A DNA stretch of 64,000 nt from an uncultured Acidobacteriota bacterium (GTDB taxonomy: Bacteria > Acidobacteriota > Thermoanaerobaculia > Multivoradales > JAHEKO01), in the NCBI GenBank assembly GCA_963713825.1, contig CAVQNG010000003.1, positions 1,504,001 to 1,568,000 of the forward strand, given 5' to 3'. The position numbers and the translations under genes are program-made. The notes under the pieces were generated by a model. The model was not told the origin of the DNA and ran no database searches. It was given only the letters and a program-made list of their open reading frames with translations. Shown here piece after piece: positions 19,099-29,299 of this stretch. Within the stretch, counting starts at the first letter, position 1. Every line of letters starts with the position of its first letter.

Positions 19099-19971
19099 TC
19101 AGCCACGATAGACGATCCAGACGACCGCCAGCGCCCAGATCACAATATTGATCAGAAAAGGAACGTCACGGAGGATGGCCTCGGTCGGATTGCGGCCTGT
19201 CTGCTTCTGATAGATCAGATAGAGATAGCGAAAGATCCCGAACAGCACCATGGGGATGGTGTAGATCAACCGCTGTGTGTGGAATTTCTCGACTGTTTCG
19301 GGCGAGATGGAGTACATGGCGTAGGAGACCACGGTCGAGGCGGTCACCACGTTGATCATCTGATCGAGAAAGGCCGCGCTGTAGTGCGACAGAACGGGGC
19401 GCTGTCCTGAAGCGTCGCTGGCCAGCAGCATGAGCTCGTGTCGCCGCTTGGAGAAAGCCAGAAACAGTGCCACGAAGAACGTGCAGAGCAGCAGCCAGGC
19501 AGAGACCTGGACATCGATCGCCAGACCCCCTGCTATGACCCGGAGGACGAATCCGAGGCTGACCATCATGACGTCCAGGATCACCACATGCTTGAGGCCC
19601 AACGAGTAGAGTTGATTCAGAACGAGATAGGCCGTCAAGACGATCAGGAAACCGGTACCCAGGCTGACCGCGATCGCCAAAGCGCCAGCTGCGAGCGCTA
19701 TGGCCAGGACCGCGGCAAGCTGGACAGAAACCGTGCCGGCAGCGAGAGGTCGATTGCGTTTCAGTGGGTGGAGGCGATCTTCGGCCCGATCTCGGATGTC
19801 GTTGAAGACATAGACCGCACTCGAGGCGAGGCAAAAGGCCACAAAAGCCAACAGCGCGAGTTGAACGGCTTCGGAGTCCGTGAGCTTCTGGGCGAAGACC
19901 AACGGAGCCAGAACGAAGACGTTCTTTACCCAGTGAGCAGGGCGAAGCAGTAAGATCAGGGCTTTGATCAT
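19099..19971 (-). CDS. UbiA-family decaprenyl-phosphate phosphoribosyltransferase-like
   Basis: LRPAHWVKNVFV, YVFNDIRD..DRLHPLKRNRPLAAG, KRRHEL, GIFRYL, PTEAILRD; start ATG 19971. Confidence 0.88.
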   Translation of the reverse strand: MIKALILLLRPAHWVKNVFVLAPLVFAQKLTDSEAVQLALLAFVAFCLASSAVYVFNDIRDRAEDRLHPLKRNRPLAAGTVSVQLAAVLAIALAAGALAIAVSLGTGFLIVLTAYLVLNQLYSLGLKHVVILDVMMVSLGFVLRVIAGGLAIDVQVSAWLLLCTFFVALFLAFSKRRHELMLLASDASGQRPVLSHYSAAFLDQMINVVTASTVVSYAMYSISPETVEKFHTQRLIYTIPMVLFGIFRYLYLIYQKQTGRNPTEAILRDVPFLINIVIWALAVVWIVYRG

Positions 19972-20010
19972 GCTGGATATTCTAGGGCCAAAGGGCGGGA
20001 AGATCATCGC

Positions 20011-22341
20011 ATGAAGGGCAGACAGTTTCTCCTGGCCTACGTGGCTCCGACTCTGTTGATCTTACTGTGGGCGGCCCTGCCGCTGATTCGTGGCACCCAT
20101 ACCCTCTACCTGCGCGACGTCTTGAACGCGCACCTGGAAAAGAAGCTGGTGCAGGTTACCGCGATGGAGGAGGGGTACCTACCTCTGATCGATCCGCTCC
20201 GCGATGGGGGGCAGCCCCTGCTCGGCAACCCCAACTCGGTGGCTCTCTATCCCGACAACGTCCTCTTCCTGGTGGCCTCCACATTTTGGGCGCTCAACGC
20301 TCATTTCTGGCTGCATTTGTTGCTGGCGCCTTTCACCGGCTACTGGATGGCGAGAAGTTGGGGATTTCGAAAGGAAGCAGCGTGGGCCGCGGGGGTCTGC
20401 TTTGCAGGTAGTGGCTATTTCCTGTCGACCCTGAACCTCTACAACCTGGTCGCTGGAGTGGCCCTGACGCCGGCCTTGGTAGCAGCCATGCTAGAGCTCT
20501 CCGAGCGGTCTCTGCGGGCCTCGCGACTGGTAGCGGTGGCAGGGATCTGGACACTCCTGTTGCTGAGTGGAGACCCCATGACGGCGGCGGCGGCTCTGTT
20601 TCTGGCGCTTTCGGCGGCTGTCTTTCGCTGGGGTCTTGGCGCGGTTCGCTGGTCCCTTTCCTTGGCTGCCTTGGGCTTGGGGACACTCATCGCCCTGCCG
20701 CAACTCGTGGAGTTCGTGAGGATCTTGCCCTTGAGCTTTCGAGGTCACTGGGGCTTCACCTTCCAGCAGGCCACCGTGGCCAGTTGGGACCCGGTGACCT
20801 CTGTCGAGCTGCTGGTGCCATTCTTCTTTGGCCAACCGGATCTCACCTTCTGGGGCAAGAGGTTCTACTCGAATCATCTTCCTCTTTTCATGACACTGAG
20901 CCCGGGTGTGGTGGCGCTGGCATTGATCGGTGTCAGCGGAAAGCCGCGGCAGAGGTCGGCATGGTGGGCCTGGACCATGGTGGCAACGGGTCTGTTTCTG
21001 GTCCTTGGAAAGTTCAACCCCCTCATGGGTCTGCTGTGGCAGCTGCCTGGGGCATCACTCCTCCGGTTGCCGGTGAAATTCTGGCTGCTCGTAGCAGTCG
21101 GTAGCGCAGTCCTGTGTGCCCTTGGATTCGAGCGGTTGCTGGATCGCGACCGGCGTGGGCCCCTGGATCGCTGGGTCTTGACGGGCCTGGCGCTCTTCTA
21201 CCTTGCGACCTGGCTGGTACTGACGCTGTTCTCGGGTCCGGTCAACGAGCGAATTCGAACGCTAGTGCCCGAGACCTTCTCGGATGAATTGGTCAACCAC
21301 GAGAGGGTGCGCTGGGCTGGTATCTGCCTGTTGTCTTTCCTGGCGCTGCTACTTATGGGTTTCCTCTGGCGACTAGCCGGAAAGTGGCCCGCCATGGCAG
21401 GGGCGGCGCTGCTGGTTCTGTTCTTGGTCTTCCAGTTCGTGATCCTGGGACCTGCGGTCGCGAGGGACGAAGTGACTGCTCTTGAGAAGCCTTCTCCCTT
21501 GCTGGAAGTCGTACCGGAGGGAGCCGTGGTCATGCACGGCAAGGCCGGGGGGGCGTTTGGAGAGAGCGTTGTTCCGCTCGGGGAGTATCCGGATCAGAGG
21601 ATCCTCAACCTGCAGCGGCAGACCTTCCATGAGCTCTACCCGGTGGCGGGAATCTTGAGGGGGCGGCGCTATGAATTCAGCATCTCTCCAGAGGGGCTCG
21701 ATTCCTTTCTGACGCGAGTCACGGAGTTCACCCTGCATCATCAGTCGGACCTCAACCGGGTGCGCATCCTGGCCGCATCCGGGGTGGAGTTTCTGCTGGT
21801 CGATCGCGAGTTGGATGCGGCGGCATCCCAGGAGGTGGAACTGGTGGCGAAGGAGCCGAGCACTGGTGGTGACATCTACGTCTACCGACTGATCCGCAAG
21901 GCCTCTGCCGTGCAGCTGGTTGGTAGGGTGCTACGGGCCCCACACCTGAATGCCGCACTCTCCTGGATGGTTTCGGATGACTTCGACCCCACCCGCATGA
22001 CGGTCCTGCCCGAAGGTGGTGTCGAGCTCGATGGACCGACCGGATCGGTAACGATCGTCAAGTCGGAGCCGGAAAAGCTCGAGGTGTTGACCGAGTCGGT
22101 AGCACCCGGCGCCCTGGTCGTGCAGCGCGCGTTTCTGCCTCTGTATCGGGCCACGATCGACGGGCAAGAGGCGTCCATCGTCGCCGCCAATATTCATCGG
22201 CTCGGTATCGAGGTGCCGGCGGGCTCCCACCGCGTCAGGGTGTGGATCGATCGGCGACCCTTGTGGGTCTCGAGTCTGGTGGCTCTGGCTGCGCTATTGG
22301 TCCTGATCGGACTGGCATGGAGGCTACGAAGGGCCTGTTAA
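20011..22341 (+). CDS. YfhO-like multi-TM membrane protein (GT-C-like)
   Basis: RDVL...GYLPLIDP...GGQPLLGNPN...LYP; many TM segments; C-terminal YRATIDG...ANI..GIEVPAGSHRV plus a terminal TM. Confidence 0.75.
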   Translation: MKGRQFLLAYVAPTLLILLWAALPLIRGTHTLYLRDVLNAHLEKKLVQVTAMEEGYLPLIDPLRDGGQPLLGNPNSVALYPDNVLFLVASTFWALNAHFWLHLLLAPFTGYWMARSWGFRKEAAWAAGVCFAGSGYFLSTLNLYNLVAGVALTPALVAAMLELSERSLRASRLVAVAGIWTLLLLSGDPMTAAAALFLALSAAVFRWGLGAVRWSLSLAALGLGTLIALPQLVEFVRILPLSFRGHWGFTFQQATVASWDPVTSVELLVPFFFGQPDLTFWGKRFYSNHLPLFMTLSPGVVALALIGVSGKPRQRSAWWAWTMVATGLFLVLGKFNPLMGLLWQLPGASLLRLPVKFWLLVAVGSAVLCALGFERLLDRDRRGPLDRWVLTGLALFYLATWLVLTLFSGPVNERIRTLVPETFSDELVNHERVRWAGICLLSFLALLLMGFLWRLAGKWPAMAGAALLVLFLVFQFVILGPAVARDEVTALEKPSPLLEVVPEGAVVMHGKAGGAFGESVVPLGEYPDQRILNLQRQTFHELYPVAGILRGRRYEFSISPEGLDSFLTRVTEFTLHHQSDLNRVRILAASGVEFLLVDRELDAAASQEVELVAKEPSTGGDIYVYRLIRKASAVQLVGRVLRAPHLNAALSWMVSDDFDPTRMTVLPEGGVELDGPTGSVTIVKSEPEKLEVLTESVAPGALVVQRAFLPLYRATIDGQEASIVAANIHRLGIEVPAGSHRVRVWIDRRPLWVSSLVALAALLVLIGLAWRLRRAC

Positions 22342-22434
22342 GATGCCTTCGTTGGTCAAGCGGGCGGCCCGAGCCGATCGACCATTGAACTGCCGCGGTC
22401 GGTTTCCCACAGCATCCAGCGTTGAATTCCAAGC

Positions 22435-23979
22435 ATGACGCACTCGACACCACTCCGGGAGTTCAAGAAGGTCCTCGTGGCGAATCGCGGTGAGATCGCT
22501 GTGCGAGTCATTCGCGCGCTGCGCGAGGAGGGGATTGAAAGCGCTGCGATCTATTCGGATCCCGATCGGCAGGGGCTGCCGGTGCTGTTGGCCGACGAGG
22601 CTTATCGAATTGGTCCTGCGGCTTCGCGTGACAGCTACTTGCAGGGCCCTGCGATTGTCGAGTTGGCGCAGAAGATCGGCGCAGACGCCATCCATCCAGG
22701 CTACGGCTTTCTGGCTGAGAATGCCGAGTTCGCCGCTCTCTGTCAGGCAGCGGGTGTCTGCTTTATTGGACCTCCTTCAACCGCCATCGCGGCCATGGGT
22801 TCGAAGATCGAGAGCCGGCGCTTGATTACGGAGGCCGGGGTGCCAATCGTCCCTGGCGGCACGGAGGTGCTCGGGACGGTTGACGAGGCGGTGGCCTTTG
22901 CCGAAGAGATTGGCTATCCAGTCATGCTGAAGGCCTCCGCGGGAGGCGGTGGCAAGGGCATGCGATTGGTGCTCAACCCCGAGGCGCTCGAGGCCGCTTA
23001 TCGTGCTGCCCGTTCGGAGGCCGGTGCCAGCTTTGGCAACGACGCCGTCTACATGGAGAAGTACATCGAGCAGCCGCGACATGTGGAAGTGCAGATTCTC
23101 GGCGACGAGCACGGCAGAGTCGTCGCTCTCGGCGAACGAGAGTGCTCCCTCCAGCGAAGACACCAGAAGGTAGTGGAGGAATCGCCTTCGCCCGTCGTCT
23201 CGCCCGAACTGCGGCGCGAGATGTGTTCAGCGGCGGTCAAGGCAGCGCAAGCGGTTGGCTACACGAACGCCGGTACCGTCGAGTTTCTGCTGGCCCAGAC
23301 CGGTGAGTTCTACTTTCTGGAAATGAACACCCGCTTGCAGGTGGAGCATCCGATCACCGAGATGGTGACCGGCCTCGACCTGGTCCGCGCTCAGCTGGCC
23401 GTTGCACAGGGTCATCCTTTGGGAGAGGAGTTCGAGGGTCTGCAGCCGAATGGCCATGCGATCGAGGTGCGACTCTACGCGGAGGACCCCTACCATGGCT
23501 TCGTTCCTTCACCCGGCAGGATCGAGCGGCTACGTTGGCCCGAGGGGCCCGGTGTACGCAACGATGCAGGGGTCTACGAGGGCGCCGAGGTGACGATTCA
23601 CTACGACCCCTTGCTGGCCAAGCTCATCGTTTGGGGTTGCGATCGACAACAAGCGATGGACCGCCTATCCCGTGCTCTCACCGAGCTGCGAATCGAAGGG
23701 ATTCGCACCACCGCACCGCTCTTCGTGGCGCTGCTCAAAGACGCCGATTTCATCACTGGCAATCTCGACATCGGCATGCTCGATCGCAAGCTGGCAGCCG
23801 GAGAGCTGGCTCCAGAGCGGCACTCCGAGTTCGAAGACCTGGCTGTGATCGCTGCTTCCCTCGAGCATGTTGCCAGCCAGGCCCGGGCCTCTGGCTCGCC
23901 CGCCAAGCAAGGTGGCCTGAGAGGTCAGTGGCGCCAGGCTGGCCGCCGGGAGTCTCTGCGGGGTGACCCATGGAGTTGA
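22435..23979 (+). CDS. accC: Biotin carboxylase
   Basis: KVLVANRGEIA, HPGYGFLAEN, GGGGKGMR, RECSLQRRHQK, EMNTRLQVEHP. Confidence 0.93.
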   Translation: MTHSTPLREFKKVLVANRGEIAVRVIRALREEGIESAAIYSDPDRQGLPVLLADEAYRIGPAASRDSYLQGPAIVELAQKIGADAIHPGYGFLAENAEFAALCQAAGVCFIGPPSTAIAAMGSKIESRRLITEAGVPIVPGGTEVLGTVDEAVAFAEEIGYPVMLKASAGGGGKGMRLVLNPEALEAAYRAARSEAGASFGNDAVYMEKYIEQPRHVEVQILGDEHGRVVALGERECSLQRRHQKVVEESPSPVVSPELRREMCSAAVKAAQAVGYTNAGTVEFLLAQTGEFYFLEMNTRLQVEHPITEMVTGLDLVRAQLAVAQGHPLGEEFEGLQPNGHAIEVRLYAEDPYHGFVPSPGRIERLRWPEGPGVRNDAGVYEGAEVTIHYDPLLAKLIVWGCDRQQAMDRLSRALTELRIEGIRTTAPLFVALLKDADFITGNLDIGMLDRKLAAGELAPERHSEFEDLAVIAASLEHVASQARASGSPAKQGGLRGQWRQAGRRESLRGDPWS

Positions 23980-24473
23980 TTGTTCTCAGCAACGGCCATG
24001 AGGTGAGGGTCGAGGTGGAGAATCACGGGTTTGGAATCGAAGTCAGGATCGGGGACCGGAAGTACCTCGTCGATTCCGTCGCCACCAACGGCGCAGTCCG
24101 CAGCCTGATCATCGAGGGTCAGCAATTCGAAGTCGCCGTTCGGAGCCACGAGGAAGGTCGCTATCAGGTCAGCCACCGTGGTTCGATCGAAGAGGTCGAA
24201 GTCCTGGATCCTCTCACCCATTTGGCCAGACAGGGCTCCGAGAGCCGCGGCCAAGAGGGCCTGGAACTGGTGACCGCCTACATGCCCGGGAGAGTCGTAG
24301 ACGTTCTCGTCAAGGAAGGCGACGTGGTCGCGATTGGTCAGGGCCTGGTGGTTCTCGAGGCCATGAAGATGGAGAACGAGATCCAGGCTGAAAGGGCCGG
24401 CGAGGTCAAGAAAGTCTTCGTCTCCGCCGGCCAGCCCGTCGAGGGCGGCGACCCGCTTTTCGAACTAGCCTGA
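23970..24473 (+). CDS. Biotin carboxyl carrier protein
   Basis: EAMKMEN biotinylation motif; AYMPGRVV. Confidence 0.92.
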   Translation: MELIVLSNGHEVRVEVENHGFGIEVRIGDRKYLVDSVATNGAVRSLIIEGQQFEVAVRSHEEGRYQVSHRGSIEEVEVLDPLTHLARQGSESRGQEGLELVTAYMPGRVVDVLVKEGDVVAIGQGLVVLEAMKMENEIQAERAGEVKKVFVSAGQPVEGGDPLFELA

Positions 24474-24484
24474 TCCACCCATAA

Positions 24485-24968
24485 TCCTGGGACTTGAGTC
24501 CTGGTTCCGCAGCGGCCGACGTTCCTGCGGCCGAACCTTGGGGGCTTGGGGGGTCGAGACGGCGGATCGAGCCAGGGATCTCCCCCGTCTGCGGCCTCAC
24601 CCGACCATGCCCCTCCGACGAGGGAGACCCATGGCCCGATCTACCACCTTCGAGACACCTCAATAGTCGGATTGCTGACTCACCCCCTACGCCCTCAAGC
24701 CCCTACTACCCTCACCGGTGCTAGAGGTTCGTTCGGGTGGTTCGACAGAGGGCGCCGAGTCGAGCGCGGCGCAAGGACTTTGATAGAGCACAGGAGACGG
24801 GGCGCGATGACGAGACGAGGTGTCGGCCTGCCCGTCAAAGTCTGAGTAGCCGACGCCGTCCCCCGGCGGGCCACCCGGACGGACCTCCACGCTGTGATAG
24901 TCACCTGTTCAGGACCCGGGGTCCAAGCCCCAAGGTTCGGCCGGGAGGCACGACCGGGCGCCTCAACC
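24485..24968. repeat. Intergenic repeat family copy B
   Basis: Shares 24556-24746 with copy A and 24717-24890 with copy D. Cores at 24721-24744 (+) and 24867-24890 (-). Outer inverted repeat GGCCGAACCTTGGGG(G)CTTGG near 24529-24549 and 24923-24942. Confidence 0.9.
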
Positions 24969-25994
24969 CTCTTCTGATTCTTCGAGTGAGGCGAGAAGGC
25001 GCTTGGAGCTGTCGACGACTTGTTCGACACTCAAGTCACGCATGCAGCGGTGGTGGAGCAGCGGGCACCTGCGGCGGAAGCAGGGCGAGCACCAGCGGTC
25101 GGTGTAGAGCACCTGATTCCCGCGGCCTAGAGGTCGCGTTCGAGAAGGGTCCGTCGGCCCGAAGAGGGCCAAGCAAGGGACTCCAAGACTGGCCGCCAAG
25201 TGCATCGGGCCCGAGTCGTTCGTAATCAGCAAGTCGAGTTGTCCGAGGACCAAGGCGAGGTCGGCTAAGTCGAGGTCAGGTCCTACGACCGGGTGGATCT
25301 TGCCGGTCTCTTCATGGATCCGAACCGCTAACCAGAGTTCCTTGGGGCCCGCGACGATGACAATCCGCACGTCGGGTTGGACGCGTCGGAGCGCGCGCGC
25401 CGCGTTTACGAACCGTCTCCACGGCCATCGTTTGCTGGGCCCGAATTCGGCACCCGGGAAGAGACCTACGAGAGGCGCCGAGCCTGATTCCACTTGCGCC
25501 CGGGCCAGCAGGCTTCGCCCCTTGGTCCGCTGTTCGTCGGAAAGCGTCACGCGGGGCAGCCATACGCTCGGCACCGGGGCGTCCATCGCCTCGAGTAGCT
25601 CCAAATAGTCGGTTGACTGATGCCGACCCGTGAGTCGGGGTCGCTTCACCGCAGGACTCAGCAACGGCGTGCGGAAGGACCAGGAGGGGAACCGCCCGCC
25701 GTAGCCCCACCGTCGGGGGACCTTGGCTCGGTAGGCCAACCAAGCCGAGCGAAAGGAATTGGGAAGGATCACGGCCTCGTCGAACTTCCGGATACGGATC
25801 GCCTCGACCGTCTGCTCGTCTGAAGTGCTACGAGGCAAGGAGTCGCTGACGCTGGGCATCAGACTCAGAAGTGAATGCAGATGGGGACGTGCCAGGACCG
25901 AAACGCTTCTGCCGCTCGCCGCGAGTGCCTCGAAAACAGGCTGGGCAAGGACGGTGTCGCCTACCCAGTTGGGAGCGATGACCAGGGTTTTCAT
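24963..25994 (-). CDS. waaF: LPS heptosyltransferase II (GT9)
   Basis: MKTLVIAPNWVGD, LPNSFRSA, PGAEFGPSKRWP, TNDSGPMHLAA, LFGPT; start ATG 25994. Confidence 0.9.
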   Translation of the reverse strand: MKTLVIAPNWVGDTVLAQPVFEALAASGRSVSVLARPHLHSLLSLMPSVSDSLPRSTSDEQTVEAIRIRKFDEAVILPNSFRSAWLAYRAKVPRRWGYGGRFPSWSFRTPLLSPAVKRPRLTGRHQSTDYLELLEAMDAPVPSVWLPRVTLSDEQRTKGRSLLARAQVESGSAPLVGLFPGAEFGPSKRWPWRRFVNAARALRRVQPDVRIVIVAGPKELWLAVRIHEETGKIHPVVGPDLDLADLALVLGQLDLLITNDSGPMHLAASLGVPCLALFGPTDPSRTRPLGRGNQVLYTDRWCSPCFRRRCPLLHHRCMRDLSVEQVVDSSKRLLASLEESEEG

Positions 25995-26044
25995 GGCGCG
26001 AGAGTCTTCTCCGGGTGCCGCAGAATAGTACAGGAGGCCGAGCG

Positions 26045-27079
26045 TCAGGGGATGGCCGCCATCTGCTGATCGAGGCGCCTGTCGAGCCAGACCCACAGTT
26101 CCTCCTGCGGCTCGGCCGAAACCGGGAGGCTGGCGAGAGGTATGTCCAGACGTCCCAGCAGCTTGACCTCATCTTTGGTCGTCGTCAGTACGGCGTCGGC
26201 ATGACTCTCTTGGTAGGCCTCTTCGATGGCAGTCAGGCTGGATGACGGGTAATCGTGGTGATCTGCGAAGGTCAGAGTGTCGGCGATGTCGAGATCGAAC
26301 TGGCGGACTGCTTCGAAGAAGCGTTGTGGTCGGGCGATTGCAGCGACCAGGAGGACTCGCGCGCCCTCCGGTAGCGATCCGCCGGCAGCCAATCGGGGTT
26401 TTCCGACGCGAAACGGTGCGCTGAATCCGGGGCCGTCGAAACCGAACCCTCGCAAGGCCGACGCAATCTCCGCGCCAGCCAGTTCTGTCTCGCCGGTCAG
26501 GATCACCGCGTCTGCTCGGCGGACCGCTGACAACGGCTCGCGCAGCCGCCCTCCAGGAAGCAGTCGGCCACCGGCGAAAGGATCGTCGGAAGGAAAAGCC
26601 AGGAGATCGATGTCTCTGAAGAGTCGAAGATGTGAGAAGCCGTCGTCGAGCACGAAGACCTGAGGGGCGGGATCCAACCTCTCCATGGCGTGTCTGCCGG
26701 CCTCGTATCGATCTGGGCCAACCACTACCGACACGCCAGGGAGCATGCCGGCCAGCAGCACAGGCTCATCGCCGGCGACTGTGGGTCCGAGTAGTGGCCC
26801 TTCGCCAGTGCTGACCAGCCGCACTCCTCTGCCGCGGCTCCGATATCCTCGGGAAAGAATGGTCGTGTTGAGGCCCCGATCCCGCAGATGAGCCGCGATC
26901 GCAGCGACCAGCGGTGTCTTGCCGGTTCCCCCCCAGTGTAGGTTGCCAACACTGACTACGGGTCTCGGGAGTCGGTTCGAACGCCTCGCATACCACCGCC
27001 AACGGAGGGAGTGAGCCGCTCCATAGAGTATCTGCCAGGGCGATCGAGAGGGGGTGGGTCGGGGCAGGACGGTGCTCAT
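26045..27079 (-). CDS. lpxK: Tetraacyldisaccharide 4'-kinase
   Basis: VVSVGNLHWGGTGKTP, LSRGY, GDEP, LDDGFSH, LLPGGRLRE, TTTKD. Confidence 0.95.
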   Translation of the reverse strand: MSTVLPRPTPSRSPWQILYGAAHSLRWRWYARRSNRLPRPVVSVGNLHWGGTGKTPLVAAIAAHLRDRGLNTTILSRGYRSRGRGVRLVSTGEGPLLGPTVAGDEPVLLAGMLPGVSVVVGPDRYEAGRHAMERLDPAPQVFVLDDGFSHLRLFRDIDLLAFPSDDPFAGGRLLPGGRLREPLSAVRRADAVILTGETELAGAEIASALRGFGFDGPGFSAPFRVGKPRLAAGGSLPEGARVLLVAAIARPQRFFEAVRQFDLDIADTLTFADHHDYPSSSLTAIEEAYQESHADAVLTTTKDEVKLLGRLDIPLASLPVSAEPQEELWVWLDRRLDQQMAAIP

Positions 27080-27098
27080 GGTCGGGGGTCTACGGTGG

Positions 27099-28358
27099 TC
27101 AATGCGCTGCAGGGTTGTCGATCGCCAGGAAGGGTCGCAGGAAATCAAGAGTGTTCTTCAGAGCTCCTTTATTGTCCGATACGACTTCGGCACCGCGTTG
27201 GCCGATCTGACGAGCGACCTCTGGATCCTCGAGCCAACGCTCCCAGACTGCGGCCAGCTGAGTGGCGTCTGCGGCCCTCTCCCACGCCTCTGCTTGGTCG
27301 AAGATCTCCGCGATCTCCCGGAAGTTCTCCATGGATGGGCCGACGACGGTAGGTACGCCGAAGCGAGCCGACTCGAGCGGGTTGTGACCTCCGGTCGGGA
27401 CGAGTGTTCCACCGATGAAGGCTGCATCGGCTACCCGATAGAGAGCCGCCAGCTCACCGAGGCTGTCGAGCAGCAAGACATCGGGACGCTCCCCGGCACT
27501 CCACTGCGAGCGACGCAGGACCTCCAACCCGGTCTTTCGGAGGAGCTCTTCGACTTCGTTCCAGCGCTCGGGATGGCGAGGCGCCAGGACGAGGAGGGCA
27601 CGGTCCGCGCCCCCGATTCGGTCGAACCCTTCCAGGACCTGGCTCTCTTCGCCTTGCATCGTAGAGCCTGCAATGAGAATCGGCCTGCCGTCGGCCAGTG
27701 CGGTCAGTTTGGACTCCAACGACGGCTGCGGCTCGACCTCTGCCGTTTCGAACTTCAGGTTGCCGGTGCGTCGTACCCGGTCGGCAGGCACACCGAGCGC
27801 GATGAGCCGACGCCGATCTTCATCGGTCTGGACCGCGAAGCCATCAACTCGCCCCAAGAGAGGGCCAAGCAGAGGTCGAAGGCGTCTCATCCGCCGAAAG
27901 CTGTGATCGCTGATCCTGCCATTCACGACGGCAATCGGCAGGCTTCTTTTCTTGACGCGTGCGAGGAGGAGGGGCCAGAGATCTCCCTCGACGAGAATCA
28001 GAGAACGGGGACCGAAACGCCGCAGGAAGGGTTGAACCGCGAAATCGGTCTCGTACGGCAGGTAGGCGACGGCGGCTCTGTCTCCTAGTAGTGCCTTTGC
28101 TCGCTCTTGGCCGGTTGGTGTGATGGTTGTCACGAGCAGGGGCTGGTCGACAGGCAATGCTCCGATCAGGGTGGCTGCTACTCCGACCTCCCCAACCGAC
28201 ACGGCGTGCATCCAGAGGGGGCTTCGAGGCACGGCACCGTCATAAAAGGCCATGCGCCCAGGAATGGTCTTCAGGTAATGCCCGCCGCGGCGAAGCAGCA
28301 GGAAGGGTGCGGCCAGGATCATGGCCAACATGGCGATCACCTGATAGACAATCCACAT
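27099..28358 (-). CDS. waaA: Kdo transferase
   Basis: WMHAVSVGE, TITPTG, AGST, LAPRHPER, GELAALY, GGHNPLE. Confidence 0.95.
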   Translation of the reverse strand: MWIVYQVIAMLAMILAAPFLLLRRGGHYLKTIPGRMAFYDGAVPRSPLWMHAVSVGEVGVAATLIGALPVDQPLLVTTITPTGQERAKALLGDRAAVAYLPYETDFAVQPFLRRFGPRSLILVEGDLWPLLLARVKKRSLPIAVVNGRISDHSFRRMRRLRPLLGPLLGRVDGFAVQTDEDRRRLIALGVPADRVRRTGNLKFETAEVEPQPSLESKLTALADGRPILIAGSTMQGEESQVLEGFDRIGGADRALLVLAPRHPERWNEVEELLRKTGLEVLRRSQWSAGERPDVLLLDSLGELAALYRVADAAFIGGTLVPTGGHNPLESARFGVPTVVGPSMENFREIAEIFDQAEAWERAADATQLAAVWERWLEDPEVARQIGQRGAEVVSDNKGALKNTLDFLRPFLAIDNPAAH

Positions 28359-28648
28359 GGTTCTCTTCGGCCGCGGCTCGAACCGGGGTATCCGGCCCTA
28401 TAATTCAGGACAACCGGCGGCGGTAGCCAACATGCTTCCAAACTCCGACACTCACGAAAGAAGAGGCCGTCGCGGCACCGGCATTCTAGCCCCATTCCCG
28501 CTGCCACATTCAGGCACCGACGTGGGATTGGAGAGGCAGCGCAGCGGGAACGGCGACCCACAGCGGCATCAGCCCCTGGAGTGGGCCCGATTTGGGCCGA
28601 GGCTAGACGCTGAAGTGCCGGCGCTCGTATGAGTATAGGGACCTGACT

Positions 28649-29299
28649 ATGCCCTTTCTTGTTCGATCTTCATCCAACGATCGAGCCTCCTGGGAGGAGA
28701 GCTCGGATCGGGATCTCATGAAAGCCCTTCGTCGCGACGATGAAGGCGCCCTCGACGAGTTGATCGGGCGCAAATCCGCCGGTCTGATGGGTGTGGCAAC
28801 CCGGATGCTCGGCGACCCGGAGGAGGCGCGCGACATCGTACAAATCACTTTCGTTCGGGTCTGGGAGCACCGCCTGGAATTTCGAGATCGATGGAGCCCG
28901 AATACCTGGATCTACCGCATCGCCACCAATCTGACGATCGATCACCTGCGGGCCCGCCAACGACGAGATCGGGCCATGGTCGTAGCCGGCTCGACGTTGC
29001 GGGCCGTCGACAGCGAGAGGAAGAGCCTGGCAGAGGTCCAGCAGCGAGAGGTCGGGGAGGTACTCCTCAAGATCGTTGACTGCCTCAGCGATCGCCAGCG
29101 AGCCGTATTCGTCTTGCGAGTAGTCGAGGGCTTCGATACCAAGGAGGTAGCGAAGATCCTCGGCTGCAGAGTCTCGACGGTTCGAAACCACCTGTTCGTC
29201 GCCCGACGCAAGCTGAAGCGAGAGCTCGAGGTCTGCTTCCCCGAATACGCTCCCGGTTCGGCGGCTGGCTCGACGAGGGAGGGCGGCAGCGATGGGTAG
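28649..29299 (+). CDS. ECF sigma factor
   Basis: EARDIVQITF...TWIYRIATNLTIDHLR (region 2); LSDRQRAVFVLR...EVAKILG..STVRNHLFVARRKL (region 4). Confidence 0.93.
   Translation: MPFLVRSSSNDRASWEESSDRDLMKALRRDDEGALDELIGRKSAGLMGVATRMLGDPEEARDIVQITFVRVWEHRLEFRDRWSPNTWIYRIATNLTIDHLRARQRRDRAMVVAGSTLRAVDSERKSLAEVQQREVGEVLLKIVDCLSDRQRAVFVLRVVEGFDTKEVAKILGCRVSTVRNHLFVARRKLKRELEVCFPEYAPGSAAGSTREGGSDG

Noticed and set aside
28547-28572. Possible autoregulatory ECF promoter GGAAC-N16-ATCAG
   Set aside because: The -10 match is weak and there is no second instance to define a consensus.
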